Source: Candidatus Poribacteria bacterium
GTDB taxonomy: Bacteria > Poribacteria > WGA-4E > JAJDTR01
Assembly (NCBI GenBank): GCA_965222225.1
Contig: CBDCTK010000002.1
Span: 3,200,001 to 3,264,000 of the forward strand
Reading direction: 5' to 3'
DNA: 64,000 nt
Shown here: positions 39,594-49,413 of the stretch, one piece after another
Layout: every line of letters starts with the position of its first letter
Position numbering within the stretch: position 1 is the stretch's first letter
Translations under genes and position numbers: made by a program
The notes under the pieces: generated by a model
What the model saw: the letters and a program-made list of their open reading frames with translations, nothing else
The model's database searches: none
Told to the model about the DNA's origin: nothing

Positions 39594-41103
39594 TCAGTTG
39601 CAACTAAACGAATACAATTTCGCGTTCTGCAACTCAAACCTTAATCGAACGTCCGTGCCTCTCGCGGCAGTCGGATCCCATCCTGCCCTCCACGTTACTT
39701 TGCCATCGGTGACGCTATTGTGGATGAGTTCGCCCTCGACGATTGGCGCTCCCTGCTCTCCAACAACCGCAGCACGGACAGACCCGCCTTCCTGCACATC
39801 TGCTGTAATCCGGAGCGACGCGAAATAACTCGTTACCAGTCTGGTCGTAATGACGGCGGGTATACCCGACGATATCTGTTCGTAACCGGCAAAACCGTCG
39901 GGACGCAACGTCGCCAAACAGAAAGAGCCGACCCGCCAACCGGAATGCGGGCCGTCGCTGGCACCGTAGTACAGACGAATCTCTTCATCCAAAAAGACGG
40001 GATTTGCAGCGGCGTACACGCACCCCCAATCGTAATCGGCTCGCTCGCTGCCTTGTGGAATTAGTGGCGAACCGGGGCATACCCGATGCCACCGAATCGT
40101 ATCCGGGCTCCAAGCCAACTCCGTATGCGTTCGATCGGTTTCCGTATTGTAGATCGCCGGTAATCCGAGATAAATCCCCTGATACCGAAACACCGGCATA
40201 CATATAGATTTGCAGATGGGGCATCTCTCCTTCAAACGCCTGCTCGACCTGCTTCCACTTGAGGAAATCCTTGCTGGCGACCCGTCCTACGGCGCGCACT
40301 CCCTGTTCCTGTCCGTTCACCGTAACCTTGGTTTCGCTGCTTATTCGGGTAAAACCGACATACTCGCCAAGTTCTGGAGACCAAAGAGCGTTGTTGGCGC
40401 TGTCCCATGCAATACCCGCTTCGGGGCATGGAATCTGTTGACTCCAGCGCACGCCATCGGCGGAGAACGCCACCGCCAACATTTGGTGCCCTGTGGTGTG
40501 GCCAATCATGAACGCCTTGTAGCGCCGAGCGGGATCCGGATCGTGCAAATCTTTGAACACGCTCGCACCATGGGGTCCGCGTACGGCAATATTATTTTCG
40601 CTGTTCCCGAGAAATTCAACAACTCCCAGCCTCGGCTTTTCCCAACGCAGACCGTCCTCGGAAACGGCATAGCAGATACCCTCATCCCTGTCCTCCGGGG
40701 ATCTGTAGAGAGTTTCTTCCCGCTCTTCAAGCGTCATGCCCTTTGCGGAGTTGTCGATGATGAACGGCATGTACCAGCACTTGTACAACTGTTCCTCTTC
40801 GTCATAAATGACCCTTGCGTAGAGGTTGTCATAGCGTTTCTCCCACGGCTCGTCTTCACCAAAAAGAGGATTGGAGGCGTGTTTCTCCACCACCCCGAGA
40901 GTCAATTGTGCATTTTGAGTGTTCGCAACAACACGCGAATCAAGCAGAAGGTATCTTTCTTTTTTCACGTCTTCATCCTTCTTTCCGTGGGCGCTGTTCG
41001 TCGAGAGACTATAGATTGCCATGGTGAGAATGACTGTCGCTGCCACCACCGTTTTACCATCGAACCTTGTGCGCCGTGCCTTCATGATAACATCCCACAA
41101 CAA
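39594..41103 (-). pseudogene. GH32-like beta-propeller protein with a +1 frameshift near 40203
   Basis: ORFs 39985..41103 and 39594..40235 together match intact 44363..45880 (QIYCMPVFRY); one extra base here. Confidence 0.8.
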
Positions 41104-41623
41104 TATCCACTAGACTTGTGCTTTTAACAGGTTACTCCAAACAGATGCCAATGACGGTGCCGCCGGCAACAAGTTGATGCGTCTCGGTAACAGGCAGGTC
41201 GCGAATTACGGCGTTTCCAGACGGTAGGGCTTGAGGAAGAGCGGTAAATCAATCCGGTGCAAGTCCGGCAAAAATCGGATTCTTCACGCACATCCCTAAA
41301 CTATAGTTTAACCTTACTTAAATAATACGTCAACACAAAGAATCACTTGCGAAAAGTGTTATCATCAACGAGACTCCCTACTTGCAGGGGCATAGCCACG
41401 ACCGCTTTTTCTCGACACAATTCGTTGAGCGTGTTACAATGAAAGCTATTCGGTGGAGATTGTTTTCACACGCTATAAACCGGAGTTTTTTCTTGAGACT
41501 CGGTTGCTGTCGCTTTATTAGCGACAGGGCAGTTCCATGTGTTGCAATCCTTATAAATTGAAACTCGGATGTTCCGTAAAAAACATCCCTATCAAAAAAC
41601 TCTATCGCGAAGGAGCGTTGTCA

Positions 41624-43285
41624 ATGAAATTCTCAAAAATACTCACTGTTTGCTTGATGCTTGGATTTGGGCAACTCACTGCGACTTTCGCGGAGTCCAA
41701 GCTAGTATCTGGCGATCCGAACATGGATGATCGGTTTGCGAACATGGATGATCGGTTTGGCTGGTCGGTAGACATCAGCGGGCATACGATAATCGTTGGC
41801 GCCCCTAATAACCACGAGAACGACGTTATTGAGCATGGATCAGCGTATATCTTTGCACTCAAAAGAGAGGGAAACAAGGACAACTGGGAACAGCAGGCAG
41901 TGCTCGATCCCCAGGAGGACGGACGCCTGAACGATAACTTTGGTTACTCTGTGGGAATCGATGGCGACTATGCCGCAGCCGGATCCCCCGGAATTAATAG
42001 TTCCACCGGTGCCGTGTATACCTACAAGCGCACCGGAGGTGTTTGGAAGCAACAGCAGAAACTCATTCCCGCCGACGCAAAAAAGAGAGACAATTTCGGA
42101 TATTCCGTTGATATGCTAGGAGAGCATCTTATCATTGGCGCTTACCTTGACGATAGCAAAGCAGGATCTGTCTATATTTTCAATCGCAACGGGGATAGAT
42201 GGCGGCAGCAGGCAAAGCTGACCGGCAACGACACTGCCAAAGGCGACAATTTCGGCGTCGCGGTTGCCCTCGGTGGCAACGAGAACGGCGTCGACTTCGC
42301 CATTGTTGGTTCGCCCAACAACACGCACAACGGGAAAAAGTCGGGCGCCGCATATATCTTCGTTCATGACGGAGGAAAATGGACGGAAGAGGCTAAACTA
42401 GTGCCCGCAGACGCTCAAACCTCCGACTTCATCGGAGATGCCGTATCTATTAGTGGGTACCGCGGCATCAAGCGTTACGCCCTCGTCGGAGCGCCGCATT
42501 TGGACTTGGCGCAGGACGTGGAGGGAAGGAACAGCGCCGCCTACATCTTCTCAAGCGATGGAGGCGCGTGGACCGAGGAAGCCAAGCTTAAGGCTAAGGA
42601 TCCGGAGAAGGCAGACGGCTTTGGATCAGGCGTGTCAATCAACCGTAATATCGCGCTAGTCGGCGTGCCGCGTCACGGGGAAGGCGCTATTCTGGACGGT
42701 GAACTCAATGCGGGAATTGTCTATCCTTATCTTCGGGAAGGCGACGGCTGGACTAGGCAACAAGCGCGGGCAACCACGGTAGCTCCGGACTTTCCGGAAC
42801 AGAGTTTCGGAAATGTAGTAATAGCCACGCAGGAGTTTATTGTCATTGCTGCGTACGGCTTGGGAAAGGGGAACCCCGGTCGCGGCGATCCAATGGGAGG
42901 TGCGGTGTATGTCTATCACACCCAAAGGGATTGGAAGCTGCCCTACGCCGTTGAACCGTCTGTACTAAGGGCGGCAACGCTGGGCGGAATAAAGCGAACG
43001 GCGCTATTCCAGAATTTTCCGAATCCATTTAATCCGGAGACCTGGCTGCCGTATCAATTGGGGCGCAAGTCAAATGTGACTCTCCGCATCTATAACACGC
43101 GAGGGCATCTTGTGCGCCGATTGGATGTAGGGCTTCAGCCGGCGGGCAGTTATCAGAACAAAGAAACCGCTGTCTATTGGGACGGTCGAGATCGATTGGG
43201 ACAGCCCGTCTCCAGCGGCCTCTATTTCTACACACTAACCGCAGGCACATCTCAAATCACGCGCAGAATGCTAATTTTGAAATAG
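41624..43285 (+). CDS. Secreted FG-GAP repeat protein with C-terminal FlgD-Ig/CTD-like domain
   Basis: Repeated FG.SV.I.G..IVGA...GAVY; LFQNFPNPFNPETW...WDGRD..GQPVSSGLYFY; AAGGAG before ATG 41624. Confidence 0.85.
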   Translation: MKFSKILTVCLMLGFGQLTATFAESKLVSGDPNMDDRFANMDDRFGWSVDISGHTIIVGAPNNHENDVIEHGSAYIFALKREGNKDNWEQQAVLDPQEDGRLNDNFGYSVGIDGDYAAAGSPGINSSTGAVYTYKRTGGVWKQQQKLIPADAKKRDNFGYSVDMLGEHLIIGAYLDDSKAGSVYIFNRNGDRWRQQAKLTGNDTAKGDNFGVAVALGGNENGVDFAIVGSPNNTHNGKKSGAAYIFVHDGGKWTEEAKLVPADAQTSDFIGDAVSISGYRGIKRYALVGAPHLDLAQDVEGRNSAAYIFSSDGGAWTEEAKLKAKDPEKADGFGSGVSINRNIALVGVPRHGEGAILDGELNAGIVYPYLREGDGWTRQQARATTVAPDFPEQSFGNVVIATQEFIVIAAYGLGKGNPGRGDPMGGAVYVYHTQRDWKLPYAVEPSVLRAATLGGIKRTALFQNFPNPFNPETWLPYQLGRKSNVTLRIYNTRGHLVRRLDVGLQPAGSYQNKETAVYWDGRDRLGQPVSSGLYFYTLTAGTSQITRRMLILK

Positions 43286-43313
43286 ACTTCCAAGAGATTC
43301 GAAGATGGTTATC

Positions 43314-43343
43314 GGCAGGGCACGCGGGTGTCCTGCCTTTTTT
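43314..43343 (+). terminator. Rho-independent terminator
   Basis: GGCAGGGCAC-loop-GTGTCCTGCC followed by T6. Confidence 0.75.
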
Positions 43344-43466
43344 GTAATCACTAAACGGGAGCACTTCATGATTTAGACCAATTTTATCAAGCATTTGGCG
43401 GTATGCCTGCCCCAATGGTGGGAATCGTTCCTAAATTATGGAATTGCTAACATTGCCTATTTTGGC

Positions 43467-43495
43467 TTGACAATCTATAGAGCCAACAGTATCAT
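43467..43495 (+). promoter_or_regulatory. Sigma70 promoter of the accD fragment
   Basis: TTGACA-17 nt-TATCAT; equivalent to 48472..48500. Confidence 0.55.
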
Positions 43496-43560
43496 AACTT
43501 TTTCCTACGAACAAGAATCGAATATGTAGTAAAACCCGGACGCGAGGATGGTGGCGATTC

Positions 43561-43791
43561 ATGGAATTGATTTCCTGTCGGAAATGCGACGCACAACTTG
43601 CCAAACAGGAGTTCATTAAGAGGCACCATAGAGTCTGCCCGGAATGCGATCATCATGACTATTTGAGCGCATTTGAACGTCTTGAACTATTGGTTGATGA
43701 CGGCAGTTTTGAATCGCACGACGACGGGCTTTATTCGCTCGATCCACTAGAATTTCCGGATTACGTGGAGAAACTGGAAAGAGACGCCGCC
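43561..43791 (+). pseudogene. accD: 5' fragment of accD (reads on into antisense sequence to 43935)
   Basis: MELISCRKC...CPECDHH...EKLERDAA matches the N-terminus of the intact accD, then switches at AGACGCCGCC. Confidence 0.85.
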
Positions 43792-44301
43792 GCTGAACGG
43801 ACCGGCGAAAGGCGCGGGACCATGATGCTCCCACTCCCTGTCCGGCTTGATGATCGGGTTTCCCTCGTAGTAGGTTGGCTGGTGGAACGTGCGTTGCAGC
43901 GTGGTCTCCTCAATCAAGAAATCGTCCACGAATAGCTGTCTTCCAACGTCAATGTTGATAATCTCGGGCGGATTCTCAAGATACGGCACAGGCATTGGCT
44001 CCCGTGTCCACCCGCCGTAATCCGGCGGCCACTGCTCAGGTAGAAGGATACCGTTGTAAAGCGTCTCGCCCTTCTGTGTTTCGTCTTTCTCCTCCTGTCT
44101 GATGCGCATGCTTACCTCCGCTTGCCTTTCCTGCCCAGAATCTGGGTCGGTTTCCGTGCCGACTGCGAGCATCACATGAGGGTTCGAATCGGTGGAGAAG
44201 TCTAGTGTCAACGAATCTGTTGGACCACCCCCAAGTGCTATGTTACTCACAAGCCATATTCCAACACAGACCAGCATCAAGATGTCGTTAACTCTAATCA
44301 T
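43782..44301 (-). pseudogene. 5' fragment of a paralogue of 37685..39559
   Basis: LYNGILLPEQWPPDYGGWTR...PFAGPFSGGV, truncated at the duplication junction. Confidence 0.85.
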
Positions 44302-44362
44302 TCCCGTCTAGTCCTTATGAGCCAAGCTGTTAGCAATTTCTCCTCTTTTTGCTTCGCTTATT

Positions 44363-45880
44363 TCAATTGCAACTGAACGAATAAAGTTTCGCGTTCCGCA
44401 GTTCAAACTTCAATCGTATTTCCTTCCCGTTAGCGCCGTTAGCGCCGATAGGATCCCATCCAGCCTTCCATGTTATCACGCCGTTGGTGATGGTACTCCA
44501 GACGGGTTCACTGTCTACAAGTGTCGCACCCTGTTCATCAACAACCGCGGCGCGGACGAACCCGCCAGTCTTCACGTCTGCCGTGATCCGCAGCGACCCG
44601 AAATAGCCTGTTATCGGTTTGGTCGTAATGCTGGCAGGCTTATCCGCCGATATCGGCTCGTAACCGGCGAAACCGTCGGGCCGCAGTGTCGCCAAACAGA
44701 AAGAGCCGACTCGCCAACCGGAATGTGGACCATCGCTAGCGCCGTAGTACAGACGCACCTCCTCATCCAAAAAGACAGGATTCGCGGCAGGGTACACGCA
44801 CCCCCAATCGAAATCATCTCGCTCGCTGCCTTGTGGAATCAGCGGCGAACCGGGGCATACCCGATGCCACTGAATCGTGTCCGGGCTCCAAGCCAACTCC
44901 GTATGAGTTCGATCGGTTTCCGTGTTGTAGATTGCCGGTAATCCGAGATAAATCCCCTGATACCGAAACACCGGCATGCAATAGATTTGCAGATGGGGCA
45001 TCTCTCCTTCAAACGCCTGCTCGACCTGCGTCCACTTGAGGAAATCCTTGCTAGCGACTCGTCCTACCGCGCGCACTCCCTGCTCCTGTCCATTAACCGT
45101 AACCTTGGTTTCGCTGCTCATGCGGGTAAAACCGACGTCTTCCCCACGTTCGGGAACCCACAAAGCGTTGTTGGCGCTATCCCAAGCAATACCCGCTTCC
45201 GGGCAGGGAATCTCTCGGCCCCAGCGTACCCCATCGGCGGAGAACGCAACCGCCAACATCTGGTGCCCTGTGGTATGCCCAATCATGAACGCCTTATAGC
45301 GCCGCGCGGAATCCGAATCCCGTAAATCTTTGAACACGCTTGCCCCATGCGGTCCCCGCACGGCAATGTTATTTTCGCTGTTCCCGAGAAACTCCACAAA
45401 CCCCAGTTTCGGTTTCTCCCAGTGGAAACCGTCTTTAGAAAAAGCGTAGCAAATCCCCTCGTCCCTATCTTCCGGCGATTTGTAGGGAGTTTCTTCCCGC
45501 TCTTCGAGCGTCATGCCTCTGGCGGAGTTGTCAATGATAAACGGCATGTACCAGCACTTGTATAACTGTTCCTCTTCGTCATAAATGACCCTTGCGTAGA
45601 GGTTGTCATAGCGTTTCTCCCACGGCTCGTCTTCACCAAAAAGAGGATTGGAGGCGTGTTTTTCTACCACCCCGAGAGTCAATTGTGCATTTTGAGTGTT
45701 CGCAACAACACGCGAATCAAGCAGAAGGTATCTTTCTTTTTTCACGTCTTCATCCTTCTTTCCGTGGGCGCCGTCCGTCGAGAGACTATAAATTGCCATG
45801 GCGAGCACAACTGTCACTGCCGCCGCCATCTTACCATCGAACCTTGTACGCCGTGCCTTCATGATAACATCCCACAACAA
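44363..45880 (-). CDS. Secreted GH32-like beta-propeller protein (intact copy)
   Basis: 505 aa; YAFSKDGFHWEKP, SADGVRW, LAWSPDTIQW, LRPDGFAG, NAKLYSF; start may be ATG 45862. Confidence 0.78.
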   Translation of the reverse strand: MLWDVIMKARRTRFDGKMAAAVTVVLAMAIYSLSTDGAHGKKDEDVKKERYLLLDSRVVANTQNAQLTLGVVEKHASNPLFGEDEPWEKRYDNLYARVIYDEEEQLYKCWYMPFIIDNSARGMTLEEREETPYKSPEDRDEGICYAFSKDGFHWEKPKLGFVEFLGNSENNIAVRGPHGASVFKDLRDSDSARRYKAFMIGHTTGHQMLAVAFSADGVRWGREIPCPEAGIAWDSANNALWVPERGEDVGFTRMSSETKVTVNGQEQGVRAVGRVASKDFLKWTQVEQAFEGEMPHLQIYCMPVFRYQGIYLGLPAIYNTETDRTHTELAWSPDTIQWHRVCPGSPLIPQGSERDDFDWGCVYPAANPVFLDEEVRLYYGASDGPHSGWRVGSFCLATLRPDGFAGYEPISADKPASITTKPITGYFGSLRITADVKTGGFVRAAVVDEQGATLVDSEPVWSTITNGVITWKAGWDPIGANGANGKEIRLKFELRNAKLYSFSCN

Positions 45881-46397
45881 TATCCACTAGACTTGTACTT
45901 TTAACAGGTTACTCCAAACAGATGCCAATGACGGTGCCGCTAGCAACAAGTTGATGTGCCTCGGTAACAGGCAGATCGCGAATTACGGCGTTTCCAGACG
46001 GTAGGGCTTGAGGAAGAGCGGTAAATCAATCCGGTGCAAGTCCGGCAAAAATCGGATTCTTCACGCACATCCCTAAACTATAGTTTAACCTTACTTAAAT
46101 AATACGTCAACACAAAGAATCACTTGCGAAAAGTGTTATCATCAACGAGACTCCCTACTTGCAGGGGCATAGCCATGACCGCTTTTTCTGGACACAATTC
46201 GCTGAACGTGCTACAATAAGATTTATTCGGTTAAGATTGTTAGCACGCTATAAACAGATTTTTTTGAAAACTTGGTTTCTGTCGCTTTATTCTAGCGACA
46301 AGGAAGTGCCATTCATTGCGATCCTCTAATTAAAATGCGAAAGCGGCGTAATAAAATTTTTCCGCCCAAAAAACTCTATCAAGAAGGAGGAGTGTTA

Positions 46398-48041
46398 ATG
46401 AGAATCTCGAGAATACTTACTGTTTGCTTGATGCTAGGATTTGGGCTGTTAAACACGGCTTCCGCGGAGTTCAAGCTGGTATCTAGCGACCCGAACATGG
46501 GAGATCAGTTTGGCTGGTCAGTAGACATCAGCGGGCATACGATAGTCGTTGGCGCACCAATAAACAGCGAGAATAACCTCATCGAGCACGGATCGGCGTA
46601 TATCTTTGAGCTCAAAAGAGAAGGAAACAAGGACAACTGGGAACAGCAGATAGTGCTTGATCCCAAGGAGGATGGACGCCGCAACGACAACTTCGGATAC
46701 TCTGTGGCGATTGATGGAGATTATGCGGCAGTCGGATCCCCTGGCATTAACAGTTCGACCGGCGCGGTTTACATATACAAGCGCAGCGAGGGTGTTTGGA
46801 AGCAACAGCAGAAACTCGAACCCGCCGACGGCGCAAAGAGGGACAATTTCGGATATTCTGCTGATATGCTAGGTGAGCACCTTATCGTTGGCGCTTACCT
46901 CGACGACAGCAAAGCCGGATCGGTCTATATTTTCAATCGCAACGGGGATAGGTGGAGACAGCAAGCAAAGCTTACCGGCAACGACACCGCCAAAGGCGAC
47001 AATTTCGGCGACGCGGTTGCACTCGACGGCAACGAGAATGGCGTCGACTTCGCAATTGTTGGCGCGCCTAACAACACTCACAACGGGAAAAAGTCGGGAG
47101 CCGCATATATCTTCGTTCATGACGGAGGAACATGGACCGAAGAAGCCAAATTGGTGCCCGCAGATGCGCAAAGCTCCGATTTCTTCGGAGATGCCGTTTC
47201 CATAAGTGGGCACCGCGGCATCAAGCGCTATGCTCTCGTCGGGGCGCCGCATTTGGACTTGGCTCAAGACGTAGAGGGAAGGAACAGCGCCGCCTACATC
47301 TTCTCAAGCGATGGCGGAGTTTGGACGGAGGAAGCCGAGCTTAAAGCCAAGGATCCGGAGAAGGCAGACGGCTTTGGATCGGGCGTTTCAATAAACCGTA
47401 ATATAGCACTAGTCGGCGTTCCTCGTCACGGCGAAGGCGCCATTCTGGACGGTGAACTCAATGCGGGAATCGTCTACCCGTTTCTGCGGGAAGGCGACCA
47501 ATGGGTTAGACAAAAGGCTCGTGCAACCACGGTAGCCCCGGAATTCCCGGAACAGAGTTTCGGAAATCTGGCAATAGCCACGCAGGAGTTTATTGTCATC
47601 GCTGCATACGGCTTGCAAAAAGGGAACCCCGATCGCGGCGACCCGAACGGCGGTGCCGTATACATCTATCACACCCAAAGGGACTGGAAGCTTCCCTACG
47701 CCGTTGAACCGTCTTCTGTACTAAGGGCGGCAACACTGGGAGGAATCAAGCGGACGGCGCTATTCCAAAACTTCCCGAACCCGTTCAATCCGGAGACTTG
47801 GCTGCCCTATCAATTGGAACACAAGTCAGATGTGGCTTTCCGCATCTACAACACGCGGGGGCAGCTTGTGCGCCGACTAGACGCTGGGATTCAGCCCGCG
47901 GGCAGTTACCGGAACAGAGATACCGCTGCCTATTGGGACGGTCAGGATCAGTTTGGGCAGTCCGTCTCCAGCGGCCTCTACTTCTACACGCTGACCGCAG
48001 GCACATCCCAAATCACGCGCCGAATGTCAATTTTGAAATAG
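46398..48041 (+). CDS. Secreted FG-GAP repeat protein with C-terminal FlgD-Ig/CTD-like domain (copy 2)
   Basis: Close paralogue of 41624..43285; AGGAGG before ATG 46398. Confidence 0.85.
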   Translation: MRISRILTVCLMLGFGLLNTASAEFKLVSSDPNMGDQFGWSVDISGHTIVVGAPINSENNLIEHGSAYIFELKREGNKDNWEQQIVLDPKEDGRRNDNFGYSVAIDGDYAAVGSPGINSSTGAVYIYKRSEGVWKQQQKLEPADGAKRDNFGYSADMLGEHLIVGAYLDDSKAGSVYIFNRNGDRWRQQAKLTGNDTAKGDNFGDAVALDGNENGVDFAIVGAPNNTHNGKKSGAAYIFVHDGGTWTEEAKLVPADAQSSDFFGDAVSISGHRGIKRYALVGAPHLDLAQDVEGRNSAAYIFSSDGGVWTEEAELKAKDPEKADGFGSGVSINRNIALVGVPRHGEGAILDGELNAGIVYPFLREGDQWVRQKARATTVAPEFPEQSFGNLAIATQEFIVIAAYGLQKGNPDRGDPNGGAVYIYHTQRDWKLPYAVEPSSVLRAATLGGIKRTALFQNFPNPFNPETWLPYQLEHKSDVAFRIYNTRGQLVRRLDAGIQPAGSYRNRDTAAYWDGQDQFGQSVSSGLYFYTLTAGTSQITRRMSILK

Positions 48042-48069
48042 GCTTCCAAGAGAATCGAAGATGGGTATA

Positions 48070-48101
48070 GGCAGGGCATCCACGGGTGCCTTGCCTTTTT
48101 T
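48070..48101 (+). terminator. Rho-independent terminator
   Basis: GGCAGGGCATC-loop-GGTGCCTTGCC followed by a T-run. Confidence 0.75.
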
Positions 48102-48187
48102 GTGACCTGTAAACGACTTAGAAGAGTAAACTCCAATTATAGCATGCTTGCATCCGAACTCAAGGAAATCGCATCTGATGATGGGAG

Positions 48188-48223
48188 ATCAAGCGACCAG
48201 ATTGGGAGTGGGATAGAGATTCC
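48188..48223 (+). mobile_element. Degenerate micro-element copy
   Basis: G[ATCAA GC GA CC AGATT GG GA GT GGGATAG AGATTCC]T. Confidence 0.6.
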
Positions 48224-48328
48224 TCCGCAGTGCCGTCCCATGATTGTAATTGTAACGAACAATCACGGCTGTCCCGACTGGACGGCGTGCATTCTTCAAT
48301 GATCAACTGATGATTGCCCATTACGAAA

Positions 48329-48354
48329 GGGCGAACCTAGAGGTTCGCCCCTAC
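48329..48354 (-). repeat. GTAG-type REP-like palindrome
   Basis: GGGCGAACCT-AG-AGGTTCGCCC-CTAC on the plus strand. Confidence 0.75.
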
Positions 48355-48471
48355 AGAAGAAACAGGGACCGTCTTGTTCGCTAGGAACCAGGGACGGGGT
48401 TTGGAGCAAAATAATCATGACACGTTCACGAGATTTCTGCTGCGCTTACGTGGAGCGGACCCTATTTTGGC

Positions 48472-48500
48472 TTGACAATCTGAATAGTCAACAGTAATAT
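48472..48500 (+). promoter_or_regulatory. Sigma70 promoter of accD
   Basis: TTGACA-17 nt-TAATAT. Confidence 0.55.
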
Positions 48501-48526
48501 AATTTTCCTGTTAACCAGAATCACAT

Positions 48527-49330
48527 ATGCAGCAGAACCCAAGCGTGAAGATGGTGGCAACCATGGATGCAATTTCCTGTCGTAAATGCGGCGCACAGCT
48601 TGCCAAACAGGAGTTTATTGAGAAGAATCATAGAGTCTGCCCGGAATGCAATCATCATCACTATTTGAGCGCATTTGAACGTCTTGAACTATTGGTTGAT
48701 GACGGCAGTTTTGAATCGCACGACGACGGGCTTTATTCGCTCGATCCACTGGAATTTCCAGACTACGTGGAAAAACTGGAAAGAGACGCCGCCAAAACCG
48801 GATTAAAATCGGAAGTGCTCGCCGGTATTGCGAAAGTCGGAAGCTATCCGGTGGCAATTGCAATCGGCGATGTCGGGTTCATTGGTGGAACATGTGGATC
48901 CGTTATGGGTGAAAAGGTGACGCGCTGTATCGAACGGGCAACCGAAAAAAAACTGCCCCTAATCGTCGTCTCCGTAAGCGGCGGGATGCGAATGCAGGAA
49001 GGTACGCTCGCTCTGTTGCAAATGGCGAAAACGGCGGCGGCATGCGTGAAACATTCCCAAGCGGGACTCTTTTTCATTTCCGTATTAACTGATCCGACCT
49101 TCGGAGGAGCAACCGCAAGTTTCAGCTCGCTCGGTCATGTCATTGTCGCTGAACCGGGGGCACGCATCGGATTCGCGGGACCTCTCGCAATTGCGAGCAT
49201 CCGCGAAAAGTTGCCCGACAACTTTCAAACCGCTGAATTCCTGCTTGAACATGGGTTGTTGGATCGAATCGTGCACCGTAACGAGATGCGGCCGCTTCTC
49301 ATAAATCTCCTGGAATTCAGTGCGTCGTAA
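48527..49330 (+). CDS. accD: Acetyl-CoA carboxylase carboxyltransferase beta subunit
   Basis: Zn-ribbon CxxC...CxxC, GSVMGEK, SGGMRMQEG, DPTFGGATASF, FQTAEFLLEHG; likely start ATG 48563. Confidence 0.95.
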   Translation: MQQNPSVKMVATMDAISCRKCGAQLAKQEFIEKNHRVCPECNHHHYLSAFERLELLVDDGSFESHDDGLYSLDPLEFPDYVEKLERDAAKTGLKSEVLAGIAKVGSYPVAIAIGDVGFIGGTCGSVMGEKVTRCIERATEKKLPLIVVSVSGGMRMQEGTLALLQMAKTAAACVKHSQAGLFFISVLTDPTFGGATASFSSLGHVIVAEPGARIGFAGPLAIASIREKLPDNFQTAEFLLEHGLLDRIVHRNEMRPLLINLLEFSAS

Positions 49331-49348
49331 TTTCAACTACGCGTTACG

Positions 49349-49413
49349 ATCAAACGAGTGAATAGCGAGTGCGATAGAAGATCCCATAGTAAATCCCGTG
49401 CGATAGCAATCCC
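49349..49413 (+). mobile_element. Micro-element plus two orphan 3' ends
   Basis: G[ATCAA AC GA GT GAATA GC GA GT GCGATAG AAGATCC]CATAGTAAATCC CGTGCGATAGCAATCC. Confidence 0.75.

Larger units (their letters stand above)
39049..48793. repeat. Diverged tandem duplication (unit 1 ~39049-43791, unit 2 ~43782-48793)
   Basis: Same gene order twice; AGACGCCGCC at 39049, 43782 and 48784 marks the ends and the junction. Confidence 0.85.

Noticed and set aside
43561-43935. Novel AccD fusion protein
   Set aside because: The C-terminal part is simply the antisense of the truncated hydrolase gene past the duplication junction.
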